Under the pieces are notes generated by a model. The model had not been told where the DNA came from. It was given only the letters and a program-made list of their open reading frames with translations, and searched no databases. This document shows, piece after piece, positions 24,596 through 35,534 of a stretch of DNA of 64,000 nt. Where the stretch lies: positions 1,376,001 through 1,440,000 of the forward strand of contig OZ242326.1 in the NCBI GenBank assembly GCA_965208325.1. The letters run 5' to 3'. Position 1 is the first letter of the stretch, and each line of letters begins with the position of its first letter. The DNA comes from Candidatus Poribacteria bacterium (GTDB lineage: Bacteria > Poribacteria > WGA-4E > PCPOR2b). Both the position numbers and the translations under genes were made by a program.

Positions 24596-27541
24596 ATGAA
24601 AATGGCTAACAGCGATGCCGAACTCATCCAACGCACCTTGGATGGCGATGAAACCGCGTTCGGGTTCCTGGTCGACAAATACAAAGGCGCAGTCCACGCC
24701 CTCGCCTACCGTAAAACCGGGAACTTCCACACGGCAGAAGACATTACGCAAGACACCTTTCTCAAAGCCTACCAAAAACTCCACACGCTCAAGGATTGGC
24801 GGCATTTTCCCGGTTGGCTTTACAGAATAGCGTCACGGCTCTGCTTGATGTGGCATCGCAATCGGAGATTAGTGCCGCAACCGATCGAAACGGTTGAAAG
24901 CGGTTACATGGATGCCCTGGCGTGGGCAAAGCACACCGACCAGCAAACCCGACAATCGGTGCGCGACGGGCTGGAAGCGCTGCCGGAGAGCCAACGTACG
25001 GTCTTGACACTGCACTATCTCGGCGGGATGACGTGCGAGGAGATCGCGCGGTTCATCGGCACGTCGCGCGGTGCAGTGCTTAACCGGCTTTATCATGCCC
25101 GACGCCAATTGAAAAAGGAGATGATACCGATGATGGAGAATACATTGGGCGCATTCCAGTTGCCGCCGACCTTTACCCAACAGATGATGAATCAAATTCA
25201 CCGAACACCCCCAACAACCACGCCCCAAGGCAAACCAATCTTGCCGTGGATTGCTGTGACGGCAACGCTTGGCCTTGCACTATTTTTCGGACTGGGGCAA
25301 CAGTCAATGACGCGGTTTCAGCAACCGTACAGTCTCGACGCAACCGAACCAGCGAACCGGGTTGAACTCATTGACGCAGCGATGTTTCCCATACCAGAGA
25401 CAAAACCCGATCTGATCAATCGTCCGGGGCAATTGAACCCTCGAGACGACAAGAATGGTATCGGACCGAACGGAACATCTTTCTCTGCGGCTGCAAGGGC
25501 CGAAATGGGAAAAGAACGCAACGGCAGCGAATGGACGCAGACAAACGGACCTTTCGGTGGAAGAACTAACACACTATACCGGGCGTCAGATGGATCGTTT
25601 TACGCATTAACAGACACGCAAGTGTTCCGTTCTAGCGACGACGGCGATTCGTGGGTTCAAGTCTACAACGGATTAACTGCAAATCCCGAGAATCCGTGGC
25701 TTTCCGGTACAATTGTGGACGCTAACGGAATACTGTACATAAATACAGCCGTGACGATTTTATATTCGGATAACCACGGCGAATCGTGGCAACAGATAAA
25801 CTACCTTTACGGGGCAGACAGAGAAATCAGGACGTTCAGCGTCACCGGATCTCGAATCTACATCAGCCGCGCTAAAGACGGAGTGGTTTACTCAGATGAT
25901 AATGGTGGATCGTGGTCCCCCATCCAAGACGGTTTACCGGCTCAACCGCCCGACAAATTTGTGACAGTTGGAACAACGCTATTCGCTAAGGTGGACAATG
26001 TCATATTTCGGTTAAGAGAAGGCGAAACGTCGTGGACGAAAATCACGAACCTTCCCGACCTCCGATTTCTCATCTCGGAAGAAAGCGCATTAATTATTGG
26101 AAGTCAGACCGATTTGCGCCGTTCATTGGACGAAGGTGAAACTTGGCGGGCTATGACTGACACAATGAAAGTTGGTATACGCTTTCCGGCAAAATCCGGA
26201 GACGATACTTTAAACTATAAGGACATTCCCATTCTTGCGACTGCAGAACCAAAGCTGTTGCAGCTTGGAAACCGTGATTCGATCAGTTTTATCAACGTTG
26301 GCGAGGTTTCGATGCCGGAGACTGTGGAAATGAAGAATCAAACGCTCAATATTCAGCACGTTTCGGCGGTCGGGGATACAATTTACCTCCTTTTAAACGA
26401 CGGCAGGTTGTTACGCTCAACAGCAAATGGTTCCTGGAACATTACGGAAGCGTCAGGATTGAGCGAATACGACATTTCGGCTGACAGCATGGCCACGCTA
26501 TCGGATCGGATGGTTTGTGTCGGCGACGCCGCCGGGATATTTCGGTGGGCGGACAGCGACACGTCATGGAAACGAATTAACAATGGATTCATCGGTACAA
26601 TGGTTCAGAGTCTTGTATATTTCAAGAACGAGTTGTATGCCTCGACGTACAATCGCAACGGTGTTTACAAGTCTGTTGACGGCGGAGACCGATGGACTCC
26701 GATTCATGGCGGCTTGCCGACGACAGATGTAGGGGCGCTCGCCGTATCGGGCGGGGCGCTCTATCTCGGCGTGAATGAGGAAAACTTCACCGGAACAGAC
26801 GACCCAACCACCGGCGGCATATTTCGTTTGGCAGATGATCGAAATTCATGGATTCCGGTGCAGACTGAGATGCGCACGGCTTACATAGAGAATGAACGGC
26901 GGAGAGGGTATCACCAAATGTACAGCGTTGAGGAGCTTGTGATTTCCCGAGATACCTTCTACATCATTGCCCAAATGGGAAGCGGTTCCCGGCTGTATCG
27001 ATGGCGGAACGGCGAGCGGTATTGGACGTATATCAGTCCCCATCCAGAGGATTGGATACACATGGGAGAGGATGAGGTAACGAGTCTTGCTGTCGAAGGA
27101 GAAACCGTTTACATTGTGGCTGATATGGACCTCTTTCGCTCGCGTAACAGCGGAGACACATGGTCGAAACTTGAGATTCGCGTGTCACCTTCTTCGCGCT
27201 ACCTTACCCAAATTACGGGGGCTGCAGTTTTGGGGAGGACTGTCTTCGTATCGACTCGCGGATCGGGCGTGTTTCGCTCAACGGACGGGGGCAAGAGTTG
27301 GGGATCGGTCAACGACGGGTTGCCGCAAGGGTATTCTTCGGAAACTCACGCGATTGGGAATACGCTCTATGCAACGGATAGCGCTCGAGGCATCTATCGA
27401 CTCAGGGATGACCGCAAAACTTGGGAATTTGTTAAACCATCAGTTTCAAATATGTTGTCGGGTGCACTGACGATTGCGGACGGGATTTTATACGCCGGCA
27501 TGGGAGAGAGCGGAGTGTATCGGATTGCGCTGGAGGATTGA
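24596..27541 (+). CDS. ECF sigma factor fused via a TM helix to an extracytoplasmic BNR/Asp-box beta-propeller
   Basis: DAELIQRTLDGDETAF, AEDITQDTF, FPGWLYRIA, EEIARFIGTSRGAVLNRLYHAR; TM ILPWIAVTATLGLALFFGLG; repeated SxDxGxSW boxes. Confidence 0.88.
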   Translation: MKMANSDAELIQRTLDGDETAFGFLVDKYKGAVHALAYRKTGNFHTAEDITQDTFLKAYQKLHTLKDWRHFPGWLYRIASRLCLMWHRNRRLVPQPIETVESGYMDALAWAKHTDQQTRQSVRDGLEALPESQRTVLTLHYLGGMTCEEIARFIGTSRGAVLNRLYHARRQLKKEMIPMMENTLGAFQLPPTFTQQMMNQIHRTPPTTTPQGKPILPWIAVTATLGLALFFGLGQQSMTRFQQPYSLDATEPANRVELIDAAMFPIPETKPDLINRPGQLNPRDDKNGIGPNGTSFSAAARAEMGKERNGSEWTQTNGPFGGRTNTLYRASDGSFYALTDTQVFRSSDDGDSWVQVYNGLTANPENPWLSGTIVDANGILYINTAVTILYSDNHGESWQQINYLYGADREIRTFSVTGSRIYISRAKDGVVYSDDNGGSWSPIQDGLPAQPPDKFVTVGTTLFAKVDNVIFRLREGETSWTKITNLPDLRFLISEESALIIGSQTDLRRSLDEGETWRAMTDTMKVGIRFPAKSGDDTLNYKDIPILATAEPKLLQLGNRDSISFINVGEVSMPETVEMKNQTLNIQHVSAVGDTIYLLLNDGRLLRSTANGSWNITEASGLSEYDISADSMATLSDRMVCVGDAAGIFRWADSDTSWKRINNGFIGTMVQSLVYFKNELYASTYNRNGVYKSVDGGDRWTPIHGGLPTTDVGALAVSGGALYLGVNEENFTGTDDPTTGGIFRLADDRNSWIPVQTEMRTAYIENERRRGYHQMYSVEELVISRDTFYIIAQMGSGSRLYRWRNGERYWTYISPHPEDWIHMGEDEVTSLAVEGETVYIVADMDLFRSRNSGDTWSKLEIRVSPSSRYLTQITGAAVLGRTVFVSTRGSGVFRSTDGGKSWGSVNDGLPQGYSSETHAIGNTLYATDSARGIYRLRDDRKTWEFVKPSVSNMLSGALTIADGILYAGMGESGVYRIALED

Positions 27542-27559
27542 TTTGACATGACCAGCCGT

Positions 27560-29023
27560 TTACTCACCGGCAATTGCAAAAAGTACATTGCGGCTGGCGA
27601 TGTATAGCACGCTGTCCTTGGCGACTGGGGTGGTGTAGACCGCGCTGCCCATGTTGACCTCAAAAATCAGCTCCATCTTTTTGCCGGCTTTTAGGACGGC
27701 AACATCTCCGTCTTCATCGCCGATATAGACCTTACCGTCGGCGACAAACGGCGAACCCCAAATTGCGGCATACGTGTCATACGTCCAGTAGTGTTCACCG
27801 GTGTGGGCATTCAAGCAGTAAACAAATCCGCTCAAATCCGCCGTATAGAGCAAATCGTCATGGATGGCTACTGTGGACATCGTACGGTTATAATCTTGAT
27901 CCCCAAAATGCCAGACAGCGTTGCTCTCGGTGACATCGCCTTCATCTGTGGCGTCAATCGCCCATAGATGTCCAACCCCCTCGCCGTGTTCCGGGTCTTG
28001 ACCCACACCGACGTAAATCCGGTCAGCATAAATGACAGGGGTCGAGATAATGCTGTTGCGTGTGCCTCTCCCGCCGAGTTCCCAAACAGAATCCTTCGGA
28101 TTGCAGTCGAATTTCCAAATCAGTTCCCCAGTTTCAGGTTGAAGGGAGTAGATCCAACCGTCACCGCCCGGCATGATTACCTGCGGTTTTCCGGCGATTA
28201 CCCCGTAGGCGGGATTGGACCACTGGCCGTGAAGAATGTCCTCTCCGGGCGATGCGTCTTCCCAGACAAGTTCGCCTGTTTTTTTGTTTAGGGCGATGAA
28301 GCTAGGTGCAAACGGCGAAGGGATATGGATGTGCCCTTCATCAACACCGTTGCTGGTAATTACAAAAAGCAGGCCTCCGGCGCCAACTGGGGAACAGGTG
28401 GCGAGGTTGTGAGGGAACACGTCGAGTTCATCCATCATGTCGTATATCCAGATTATATCGCCGTCAATTTTGCTCGCATCGGTTTCTTCCACGTAAGGGC
28501 CATCATTTTCGCCATCCAAGAACCCTTCCGTGTCGATGCAGACTACCTCGCAGCGGTTTGAGACGTAGTACAGCTTATCTCCTTCAATGTAAGGCGCTGA
28601 GCAGACGCCCTGCTGCGGCCAGTCGTTAACTCTACCTGATGGGAGTTTAGTATGTGTAGATTGCCAGAGAAACTCGCCGTCCGATTCTCGGAACGCCATG
28701 ATTACGCCGCGGTCGCCGGTGAGTTTTGGATTGCGCAATCCTTGGTTGTTCGTTCCGACGAACACCTTGCCGCCGATGAGAATAGGTCCCGCATAGGTTT
28801 GTGAGCCGAGAGACGCCCGCCACTTGATGTTTAACCCGGTCTCGGGATCCCACTTTTCCGGCAAATTCGTCTCGTCCGATACCAGATTTCGAGACGGTGT
28901 GAACCCCCACATACTTGTCTCTTCAGCGCGAGCATCAAATGTAGCAAAAAGGATTATTCCAATAATAATGCGGCAAATGCTGTTGTTCATCGATCTTAAA
29001 ATTCTCCTGGTGTTCATATTCAT
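27560..29023 (-). CDS. PQQ-like (BamB-like) beta-propeller repeat protein
   Basis: Signal peptide; repeated ALNKKTGELVW, GELIWKF, SPFVADGKVY, TPVA motifs. Confidence 0.8.
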   Translation of the reverse strand: MNMNTRRILRSMNNSICRIIIGIILFATFDARAEETSMWGFTPSRNLVSDETNLPEKWDPETGLNIKWRASLGSQTYAGPILIGGKVFVGTNNQGLRNPKLTGDRGVIMAFRESDGEFLWQSTHTKLPSGRVNDWPQQGVCSAPYIEGDKLYYVSNRCEVVCIDTEGFLDGENDGPYVEETDASKIDGDIIWIYDMMDELDVFPHNLATCSPVGAGGLLFVITSNGVDEGHIHIPSPFAPSFIALNKKTGELVWEDASPGEDILHGQWSNPAYGVIAGKPQVIMPGGDGWIYSLQPETGELIWKFDCNPKDSVWELGGRGTRNSIISTPVIYADRIYVGVGQDPEHGEGVGHLWAIDATDEGDVTESNAVWHFGDQDYNRTMSTVAIHDDLLYTADLSGFVYCLNAHTGEHYWTYDTYAAIWGSPFVADGKVYIGDEDGDVAVLKAGKKMELIFEVNMGSAVYTTPVAKDSVLYIASRNVLFAIAGE

Positions 29024-29129
29024 ACAACTTCGCTCAGTTGAACGTTCAAAGGTTTACAGCAGGGCAATATATTTACGGTTTCTACATAAACCAAAATTTT
29101 AGGTCACGGAGGTGAACCACCCGCCGCAC

Positions 29130-29151
29130 GCGCAACAAATTGCGCTACTAC
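29130..29151 (-). repeat. GTAG-family REP-like palindrome
   Basis: Minus strand reads GTAGTA-GCGCAA-TTTG-TTGCGC. Confidence 0.55.
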
Positions 29152-29189
29152 AAACGGAACCGGCTAAGTCCTAGATTTTAAAAGTGCTT

Positions 29190-31355
29190 TCAATCACTCC
29201 AAACTTTTAGATTATCGTAATAAATTTCGGCTGCGGAATACCCGTAGATTCCCGGACTTCCTTCACGATTTGGCAACGGATCTTCTACCGTAATCGTCCA
29301 AGATGCCGGTTCTGGTTCGCCGGTTCGCCACACCTTTCCTTTTGCCATCGCTTTATCGTCGGCAATGTCTACCGTCAACTTTATGGTATACCAGACGTAC
29401 GGTTCCCACGTGTAATCAATATGCTTCGCCATTCTGAGGTCTGAAGCCCAAGAGCGGATTTGCAACCGCTGGTGGTTACCCATGAGATCCAAGGTATACC
29501 GGTTGGCGATTAGCCCCATGTCCGGCAGGTTGCGTTTAGGCTTGGTGCCCATCGCGTCAATTTGAACGGTGTAGCCTGCCATGGCGGGCAGACCAATATA
29601 GACATTGGACCGGTTCAACCCGCGTCTGACAGGCGATTTTACTAGGACTTTGTTCCCATCTTTGGAGCGGACGACATATTTAGAGCCTGCCCCAACCCAG
29701 TGCGGCGGGTTTTTCCCATCCTCAATCGACTCAAAATTTTCCGCCCAGGGTAATTCGGGAACGACACGGACACGTGCAGCGTCTTGTAAATTTCCGACAC
29801 GCGCCGACACGGTTCCCGCTTGGCCGCCCCCGTTTTCATTGAGAGTTAGTACACCGTTGGAACCAATTGTGCCTAACAAGCCGTTGAGTGACCATTCCGC
29901 CGCCTCTGCAGCGTAAGATATTCCACTATCGTCGAATGCGTGAACCGTGAACTGAAGTGTTTTTCCGGGCTGGGTTAATACGTCTGCAGGGACGATTTTG
30001 ATTGAATTGACCGCTTTCGCACCGAGACAGTAGAGCCCTTCCTCCGTTGTGAAATAGATGCGGCCGTCGGCAATCGCTGGGGATCCATAGATTTCTGCGT
30101 AATGCCCCGGCTCTCTTTCAATCTGCTTTGTGTCGAGGGATTGGCAAGCATCTCCGCTTGGACGTAGAATATGAAAGTGTCCGTTCACCTCGGTAACAAA
30201 TATCTTTCCGTCCGCACAAACGGGCGAACCTTTACCAACGGTGCCGAGGCTGTGTTGCCAGTGGACCACACCTGTTTCGGCATCAAGGCTATGCAGATTC
30301 GCCGAATTGTCCACGACGTAAAGACTTCCCCCGTGTATTGCTGGAGAGGCATAACCGACCTGACACTCGTCATACCGCCAGATTTCATGCGTTGATGTAA
30401 CATCCCCCGTGCCAGTGGCGTCAATGCAAACGACACGCCCCATCGCCGTGCTGTCGACATTCTCTTCGCCCTGACATGCGTAGACTTTTGTGCCGTCTAC
30501 CACAACTGAACTCTGGATGCCGCGTTTGCTCAATTTAAAGCCCCACACGGTCTCGCCAGTGCGGACATCCATTGCATAGACAGATCCATCCGCGTTGCCC
30601 GCTATCAAGAGGAATTGTCCTTTAATCGCCGCAACAACAGGCGTGGAGTAGGTAGTATCCAGCGGCCGGCCGCCCGGCGCCGCCACCCACACGACATCGC
30701 CAGTGTTCTTATCAAGAGCGAAATAGCGGTGTCTCGGTACAACATGACTGCCCCAGCTTGTGTTGAGGAAGCTGATGATTACGAGATTGCCGGTCACAAT
30801 CGGTGTATGAATACGCCCGCCATAACCTGAAATCCGTCCGAATTCTTCGGTCAACGAACGTGACCAGACAATCTCACCCTTTCCAGTAAAACAGAGGAAT
30901 ATACCACTTATGGTATGGGCATAAATATTACCGGTATTCGTGTCGCCAGCCAAACTCGCCCAACCGAGGCGGTTGAATGGGATAGTGCTGTGAAAAACGT
31001 TGATTCGATGTTGCCAAAGCAGTTTCCCGGTTTCGGCGTCAAAGCAGGCGACCTGCTCTTGTTCGGTGATGTCCTGTCCGACTCGCCCGATAACATACAC
31101 TCTACCATTGAGGACAATCGGTGTGGAACGACCGATAAAATCGGCTTTCCACATCAGGTTTTCACCGTCCTGAGACCAATTTGAGATGAGTCCCGTTTCG
31201 TGAGACACACCGTTCTGGTTGGGGCCGCGCCAACCCGGCCAGTTCCATTCAGCAGCCCAGGCATCAGTAGGAAATTGAGCTAAAATACCCCCATGCAAAA
31301 TCAGCAGCATATGCAGAAGAAAATATACGGTTTTACGAATCATCTTATAACACAT
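29190..31355 (-). CDS. PQQ-like beta-propeller protein with Ig-like and C-terminal beta-sandwich domains
   Basis: WPGWRGP start of the mature part; repeated DAETGKLLW, DKNTGDVVW, SPAI; C-terminal WYTIKL...KGKVW...YYDNLKV. Confidence 0.8.
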   Translation of the reverse strand: MCYKMIRKTVYFLLHMLLILHGGILAQFPTDAWAAEWNWPGWRGPNQNGVSHETGLISNWSQDGENLMWKADFIGRSTPIVLNGRVYVIGRVGQDITEQEQVACFDAETGKLLWQHRINVFHSTIPFNRLGWASLAGDTNTGNIYAHTISGIFLCFTGKGEIVWSRSLTEEFGRISGYGGRIHTPIVTGNLVIISFLNTSWGSHVVPRHRYFALDKNTGDVVWVAAPGGRPLDTTYSTPVVAAIKGQFLLIAGNADGSVYAMDVRTGETVWGFKLSKRGIQSSVVVDGTKVYACQGEENVDSTAMGRVVCIDATGTGDVTSTHEIWRYDECQVGYASPAIHGGSLYVVDNSANLHSLDAETGVVHWQHSLGTVGKGSPVCADGKIFVTEVNGHFHILRPSGDACQSLDTKQIEREPGHYAEIYGSPAIADGRIYFTTEEGLYCLGAKAVNSIKIVPADVLTQPGKTLQFTVHAFDDSGISYAAEAAEWSLNGLLGTIGSNGVLTLNENGGGQAGTVSARVGNLQDAARVRVVPELPWAENFESIEDGKNPPHWVGAGSKYVVRSKDGNKVLVKSPVRRGLNRSNVYIGLPAMAGYTVQIDAMGTKPKRNLPDMGLIANRYTLDLMGNHQRLQIRSWASDLRMAKHIDYTWEPYVWYTIKLTVDIADDKAMAKGKVWRTGEPEPASWTITVEDPLPNREGSPGIYGYSAAEIYYDNLKVWSD

Positions 31356-31366
31356 TTACAACCCCG

Positions 31367-32443
31367 TTACGATTTATCAATCGTCACAATTTCTCCGGTC
31401 TTGATGGATTCTGTTTCTTTATGGCAGAGTAGGAGGGCGTCTCTAGCGCTAACGCCTGAAAGTATTGCGGATTCACGGCCTTCGACGATTGCGTCAACTG
31501 CAGACTGTATCTCTAGGGTAAAAGCATCAACGGGATCTGTTTCACCGAGATCGACGCGGTGAACGTTTCCATCGTCGGTCAACAGCGTCAACGGCGTTGA
31601 GGTGACCGGGTCACCGCCAAGCGTGGCAAACTCATACAGCAGAGTCGCATTTTCCAGATAAAGCTCAAAACCGTGTGAGAAGGCGCGGCCTTCCTGAGAT
31701 ACTGCGCCCGATGAGCAACTGATCGCAAGCGCTCTGTCGTCGTATATGTATTGGGTTGTGAGGTATTGGGCAAAGCCGCCCCCGGCAAGCGTGCCTTGTG
31801 AGAACACTGCGTCGGGCGTCCCGCAAAGCAGTTGAATATAATGCGTGTCGTGAATGTGAAGGTCTATACCGGGGCCGCCGCTCTTTTCTAAATCTACAAA
31901 ATCATCAGACCAGCTCGGCTCGGAAATGACGCGTTTGAAATGTCCGCCAATCAGATTCCCGTGTTCGCCGCTTTCAACGATGTCTTTCGCGTATGCGAAC
32001 TCCGCGAAGAATGGCAGGATATGCGCTACCATGAAGCACCGCCCACTGCTTTCTGCAATTTGAACCATTTCGTTAGCATCGTCAAGCCTAACGGAGATAG
32101 GTTTTTCGACAAGCACATGCTTTCCGGCTTCCAACGCGGCGATACTTACGGCTTTATGCAGATGGGTTGGCAAGCAGACGTCAATTAAATCAACGTCCGG
32201 GTCAGCCAAGATATTGTCAATCGCATCATACTTGCGTATGTGCGAGAGGTCCTCAAAACCGCCGCGGGGTCCAAAGTTCCCCTGTATACCGGACCAATCC
32301 CCCTCGCGCTTTTTCTGGTCTCGTGTGCAGATTGCGACGACTTCACCGCCCGAAACTTTTTTGGAGGCGTAATAGTGAATGGATCCCATAAAGCCGATGC
32401 CAACAATTCCGATTTTTACCACGGTTTTTCCCTCACGCTTCAA
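31367..32443 (-). CDS. Gfo/Idh/MocA family oxidoreductase
   Basis: IGIVGIGFMG, GKHVLVEKP, DLHIHD. Start may be GTG 32422. Confidence 0.88.
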   Translation of the reverse strand: MKREGKTVVKIGIVGIGFMGSIHYYASKKVSGGEVVAICTRDQKKREGDWSGIQGNFGPRGGFEDLSHIRKYDAIDNILADPDVDLIDVCLPTHLHKAVSIAALEAGKHVLVEKPISVRLDDANEMVQIAESSGRCFMVAHILPFFAEFAYAKDIVESGEHGNLIGGHFKRVISEPSWSDDFVDLEKSGGPGIDLHIHDTHYIQLLCGTPDAVFSQGTLAGGGFAQYLTTQYIYDDRALAISCSSGAVSQEGRAFSHGFELYLENATLLYEFATLGGDPVTSTPLTLLTDDGNVHRVDLGETDPVDAFTLEIQSAVDAIVEGRESAILSGVSARDALLLCHKETESIKTGEIVTIDKS

Positions 32444-32462
32444 ATTATGCGGCTCGTGTATT

Positions 32463-33245
32463 TTACCGCAAAGCCTTCACGCACTCCTCATGAATTTTTC
32501 CATTTGTGGCAAGGAACGGTATTGGTTCGCCGCTATAGGCGGACGCATCGGGTGACAATGGGAAACACAATTCACCGGAAGGGCGCGTCATTACACCGCC
32601 TGCCTCTTCCAAAATGACCGTTGGCGCTGCGATATCCCAGAGTTTGGTGTTGGTATCGAAACTGCCATCAAAGTCGCCTGCCGCAACGGCACAGATATGC
32701 AGCGCCGCCGATCCAAGGCTTCTGCCCTTAAAGGGCTTTTGCACAAAGCCGTTAAGCGAAGCGATGACATCAGACGAATAACCAAACAGGCCGATCGCGT
32801 CTAATTTTTCGCGGTCATTGACGTGAAGCGGGACTCCATTCAGGGTTGCGCCGTTGTTTTTGGCTGCGCTATACATGCGATCCGCAGTCGGGTCAAATAC
32901 AACACCAAGCATCGGGACCCCTTTCTGCAAGAGCGCAATAACGACCGCGAAGATTGGGAAGCTTGCGGCATAGTTGGTGGTGCCGTCCAGCGGATCTGTC
33001 ACCCAACAGTTGTCGGATTTCGCCGACGACATGCCAAATTCCTCTCCGTATACGGCGTGATTCGGGAATTCAGATTGGAGCCGTTCAGCAATCAATATCT
33101 CCGATGCTTTATCGGCTTCGGTAACGATATCGCCGATGCCTTTGTAAGTAATCCGGCGAATCTTGCCGAAGTATTCCATCAGGACGCTGCCCGCTTCACG
33201 GGCAATGTCTTCGACAGTTCGTAAAACCACCGCCGGCTCATTCAT
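32463..33245 (-). CDS. suhB: Inositol monophosphatase family protein
   Basis: DIVTEAD, GEE, WVTDPLDGTTNY, RSLGSAAL, WDIAA...EAGG. Confidence 0.85.
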   Translation of the reverse strand: MNEPAVVLRTVEDIAREAGSVLMEYFGKIRRITYKGIGDIVTEADKASEILIAERLQSEFPNHAVYGEEFGMSSAKSDNCWVTDPLDGTTNYAASFPIFAVVIALLQKGVPMLGVVFDPTADRMYSAAKNNGATLNGVPLHVNDREKLDAIGLFGYSSDVIASLNGFVQKPFKGRSLGSAALHICAVAAGDFDGSFDTNTKLWDIAAPTVILEEAGGVMTRPSGELCFPLSPDASAYSGEPIPFLATNGKIHEECVKALR

Positions 33246-33477
33246 TTCGTCTGTTGTTCCTTCTAGTTCGGTTCGCAGTCTTCATTAAATCGCCCGCCTT
33301 ATCACTACCCAAAGTGTAAAAAATTGCACTTCGGACGGTGGGATTTCAAATTTCTCAAGCAATTCATAAAAAACGGGTTAAGGATGAGATAGGTTAATCC
33401 CACCAACGCTTCTGCTCCTCAACCCGTAACCATAAACGTTCGAAGTTATTGTATGAGAACCGTGCCGAGTCAAAACC

Positions 33478-35427
33478 TCATTCCGACTTTTGATTTGTGG
33501 TTTCTGTTTCATTAATCTTCATTTTCAATTCGTTCAGCCTGCGGCGGACTTCCTGATTGTACCGGTTGATTTCCAGAAACTCTTCCCATAGCGCAAGAGC
33601 CTCATCCGCATAACCTTGGGAGATGTAATACTCGCCTAGCGCAATATGGGCTACATCGGCATGGGGATCTTTTTCGATTGATTCCTTAAACGCTTCCACT
33701 GCAGCGTCAGCCTCTCCTTCGAGCAGAGCAAGCTGCCCCCGCCCGTAGGCAATTAATGCGTGTTCGGGAAATTCGGCTGCAAGCGCATCAATTGATTCCT
33801 TAGCCCTATCAGCCATGCCATCCTTGTGAGCCGCCATTGCTGCATGAATTTTGGCATCAATTATTTGAACGTCAAGCTGGTGCAGTTCCGCATTACTCTC
33901 TGTATTTTGCTTCTGCCGTGCGGCGATCCGCGCGGCGGCTTCGTATTTGGTTTTCGCCCGCGTGTAGTTTCCATATTTATAGCAGACATCTCCAAGCTCC
34001 TTCTCGCCGCGGTAAGTGTTGCCTTTTGCATCAACAAGATCCTGGAAAATTCCCGCCCGCTTACTCTGATTTAACTGATAGTAAAGCACCTCGGCCAGGC
34101 TCTGGAGTGCATCGGTGGAATCCGTTTTCGCTGCGACCGCGCGTTCAAAAGACTCCATGGCTTTATGCGGGTCGCCCATTTTCTTGTATGCGAGCCCCAT
34201 CCTCCAGTAAATCTCTGAATCCCTGAACTGATTGAAGCCGACGACGGTTTGGTATGTCTCGATGGCTTTTTCGAATTCATCATTGGCATACTGATTCTCA
34301 CCGGTTTTTATGATGGCTTCAATAACTTCTCGATTGCTCCTTACCGCCTTGTTTAATACTTCTTGAGCGCGCTGATGCATTCCGAGTTTGCGGTAGCAGA
34401 TTGATAAGCTGAGATAGCTATATGGACTAATTTCCGCTTCGGCTGCATTCGCGAGTTGAATTGCGCGGAAATATAGTGCCCCGGCATCCCGATAACCTTC
34501 CTCCTGAAAAAGCATGTTGGCAACCATTAGCATGGCATCATAATATGTGCCTTGTCCGTCCATTGAAAATTGAAAACTTCTCATAATTTTTTCACCGCTG
34601 ACGCCAAATCCGGAGTTCGCCTCCGGTGCGGCGCCCATCGCGCGGCTGCGTTCCGCCCCGGGCGGACGGTCGCGTTCTAGGCGTTTCTCCCGCCTAGCTA
34701 GACTCCGACCGGCTTGCGATGCTAATGGATCTTCAGGTTTTGGGATAGTCGCTCCCATTAATTGTAATTCTCGTTTGGCTTCGCTAATGGACGCATCTGT
34801 GCCTTCGACCTTGCCATACTTTTTCACGAGGGATTGATAGGTTCGTTTGGCTTCCGAGCTATCCTTGAGCTGGTCTTTCTGGATTTGGCCTTTCCTCACG
34901 AGTGCTTGCGCCGCACGGTCACTCTTAGGGTATCGGTTGGCGAAGTTGCCATAGATTTCCGCGGCTTGCTCATAGTTTTTGGCTTCCTCATAACTCTTTG
35001 CCAACAGCAGTTGAGCGTTACTACTCAACTCATGTTCCGGAAAATTGTTTATGATTGTGTCGAAGAATCCCCTCGCGGATTCATATTCCTTAGACTTCAA
35101 ATAGTGGACTCCAAGCCGATAGTTCGCTGATGCAGCCTCATCGCTGTCGGGCGCCGCGGCGATTATTGCCTGATAGGTTTCCACGCCTCTCTCAGGCTGG
35201 TTCATAGTTTCAACATAAAGCTTGCCTACGGCTAATTGCGCTTGCCGAGCGATTGGTGTGCCCGGATTAGACGCGACCAGCGCTTCGGCTACTTCAATGG
35301 CGCCGTGATAATCTTTCTCATCGATCAGTTTCTCGACTTCCCCGGTACCCTTGCCGGAAATACAGCTATATTGGGCAAGTACCATCACAGTTGCTAATAC
35401 GAATGCGCAAAACCTATTATATTTCAT
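33478..35427 (-). CDS. TPR-repeat lipoprotein (BamD/CpoB-like N-half)
   Basis: Lipobox-like AQYSC; many TPR units (ANYRLGVHY, AQLLLAKSY, YWRMGLAY, HIALGEYY); AAGGAGG RBS. Confidence 0.8.
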   Translation of the reverse strand: MKYNRFCAFVLATVMVLAQYSCISGKGTGEVEKLIDEKDYHGAIEVAEALVASNPGTPIARQAQLAVGKLYVETMNQPERGVETYQAIIAAAPDSDEAASANYRLGVHYLKSKEYESARGFFDTIINNFPEHELSSNAQLLLAKSYEEAKNYEQAAEIYGNFANRYPKSDRAAQALVRKGQIQKDQLKDSSEAKRTYQSLVKKYGKVEGTDASISEAKRELQLMGATIPKPEDPLASQAGRSLARREKRLERDRPPGAERSRAMGAAPEANSGFGVSGEKIMRSFQFSMDGQGTYYDAMLMVANMLFQEEGYRDAGALYFRAIQLANAAEAEISPYSYLSLSICYRKLGMHQRAQEVLNKAVRSNREVIEAIIKTGENQYANDEFEKAIETYQTVVGFNQFRDSEIYWRMGLAYKKMGDPHKAMESFERAVAAKTDSTDALQSLAEVLYYQLNQSKRAGIFQDLVDAKGNTYRGEKELGDVCYKYGNYTRAKTKYEAAARIAARQKQNTESNAELHQLDVQIIDAKIHAAMAAHKDGMADRAKESIDALAAEFPEHALIAYGRGQLALLEGEADAAVEAFKESIEKDPHADVAHIALGEYYISQGYADEALALWEEFLEINRYNQEVRRRLNELKMKINETETTNQKSE

Positions 35428-35534
35428 TGTTCGTCCTCCTTATCTTGTAATCCGTCGATAAAGTTTAGGGTAGGTCTGTCGGTTTTCAGATTTTCAACTG
35501 ACAAGCAGTTATGAATTCAATGCTGTCCAAGTGT

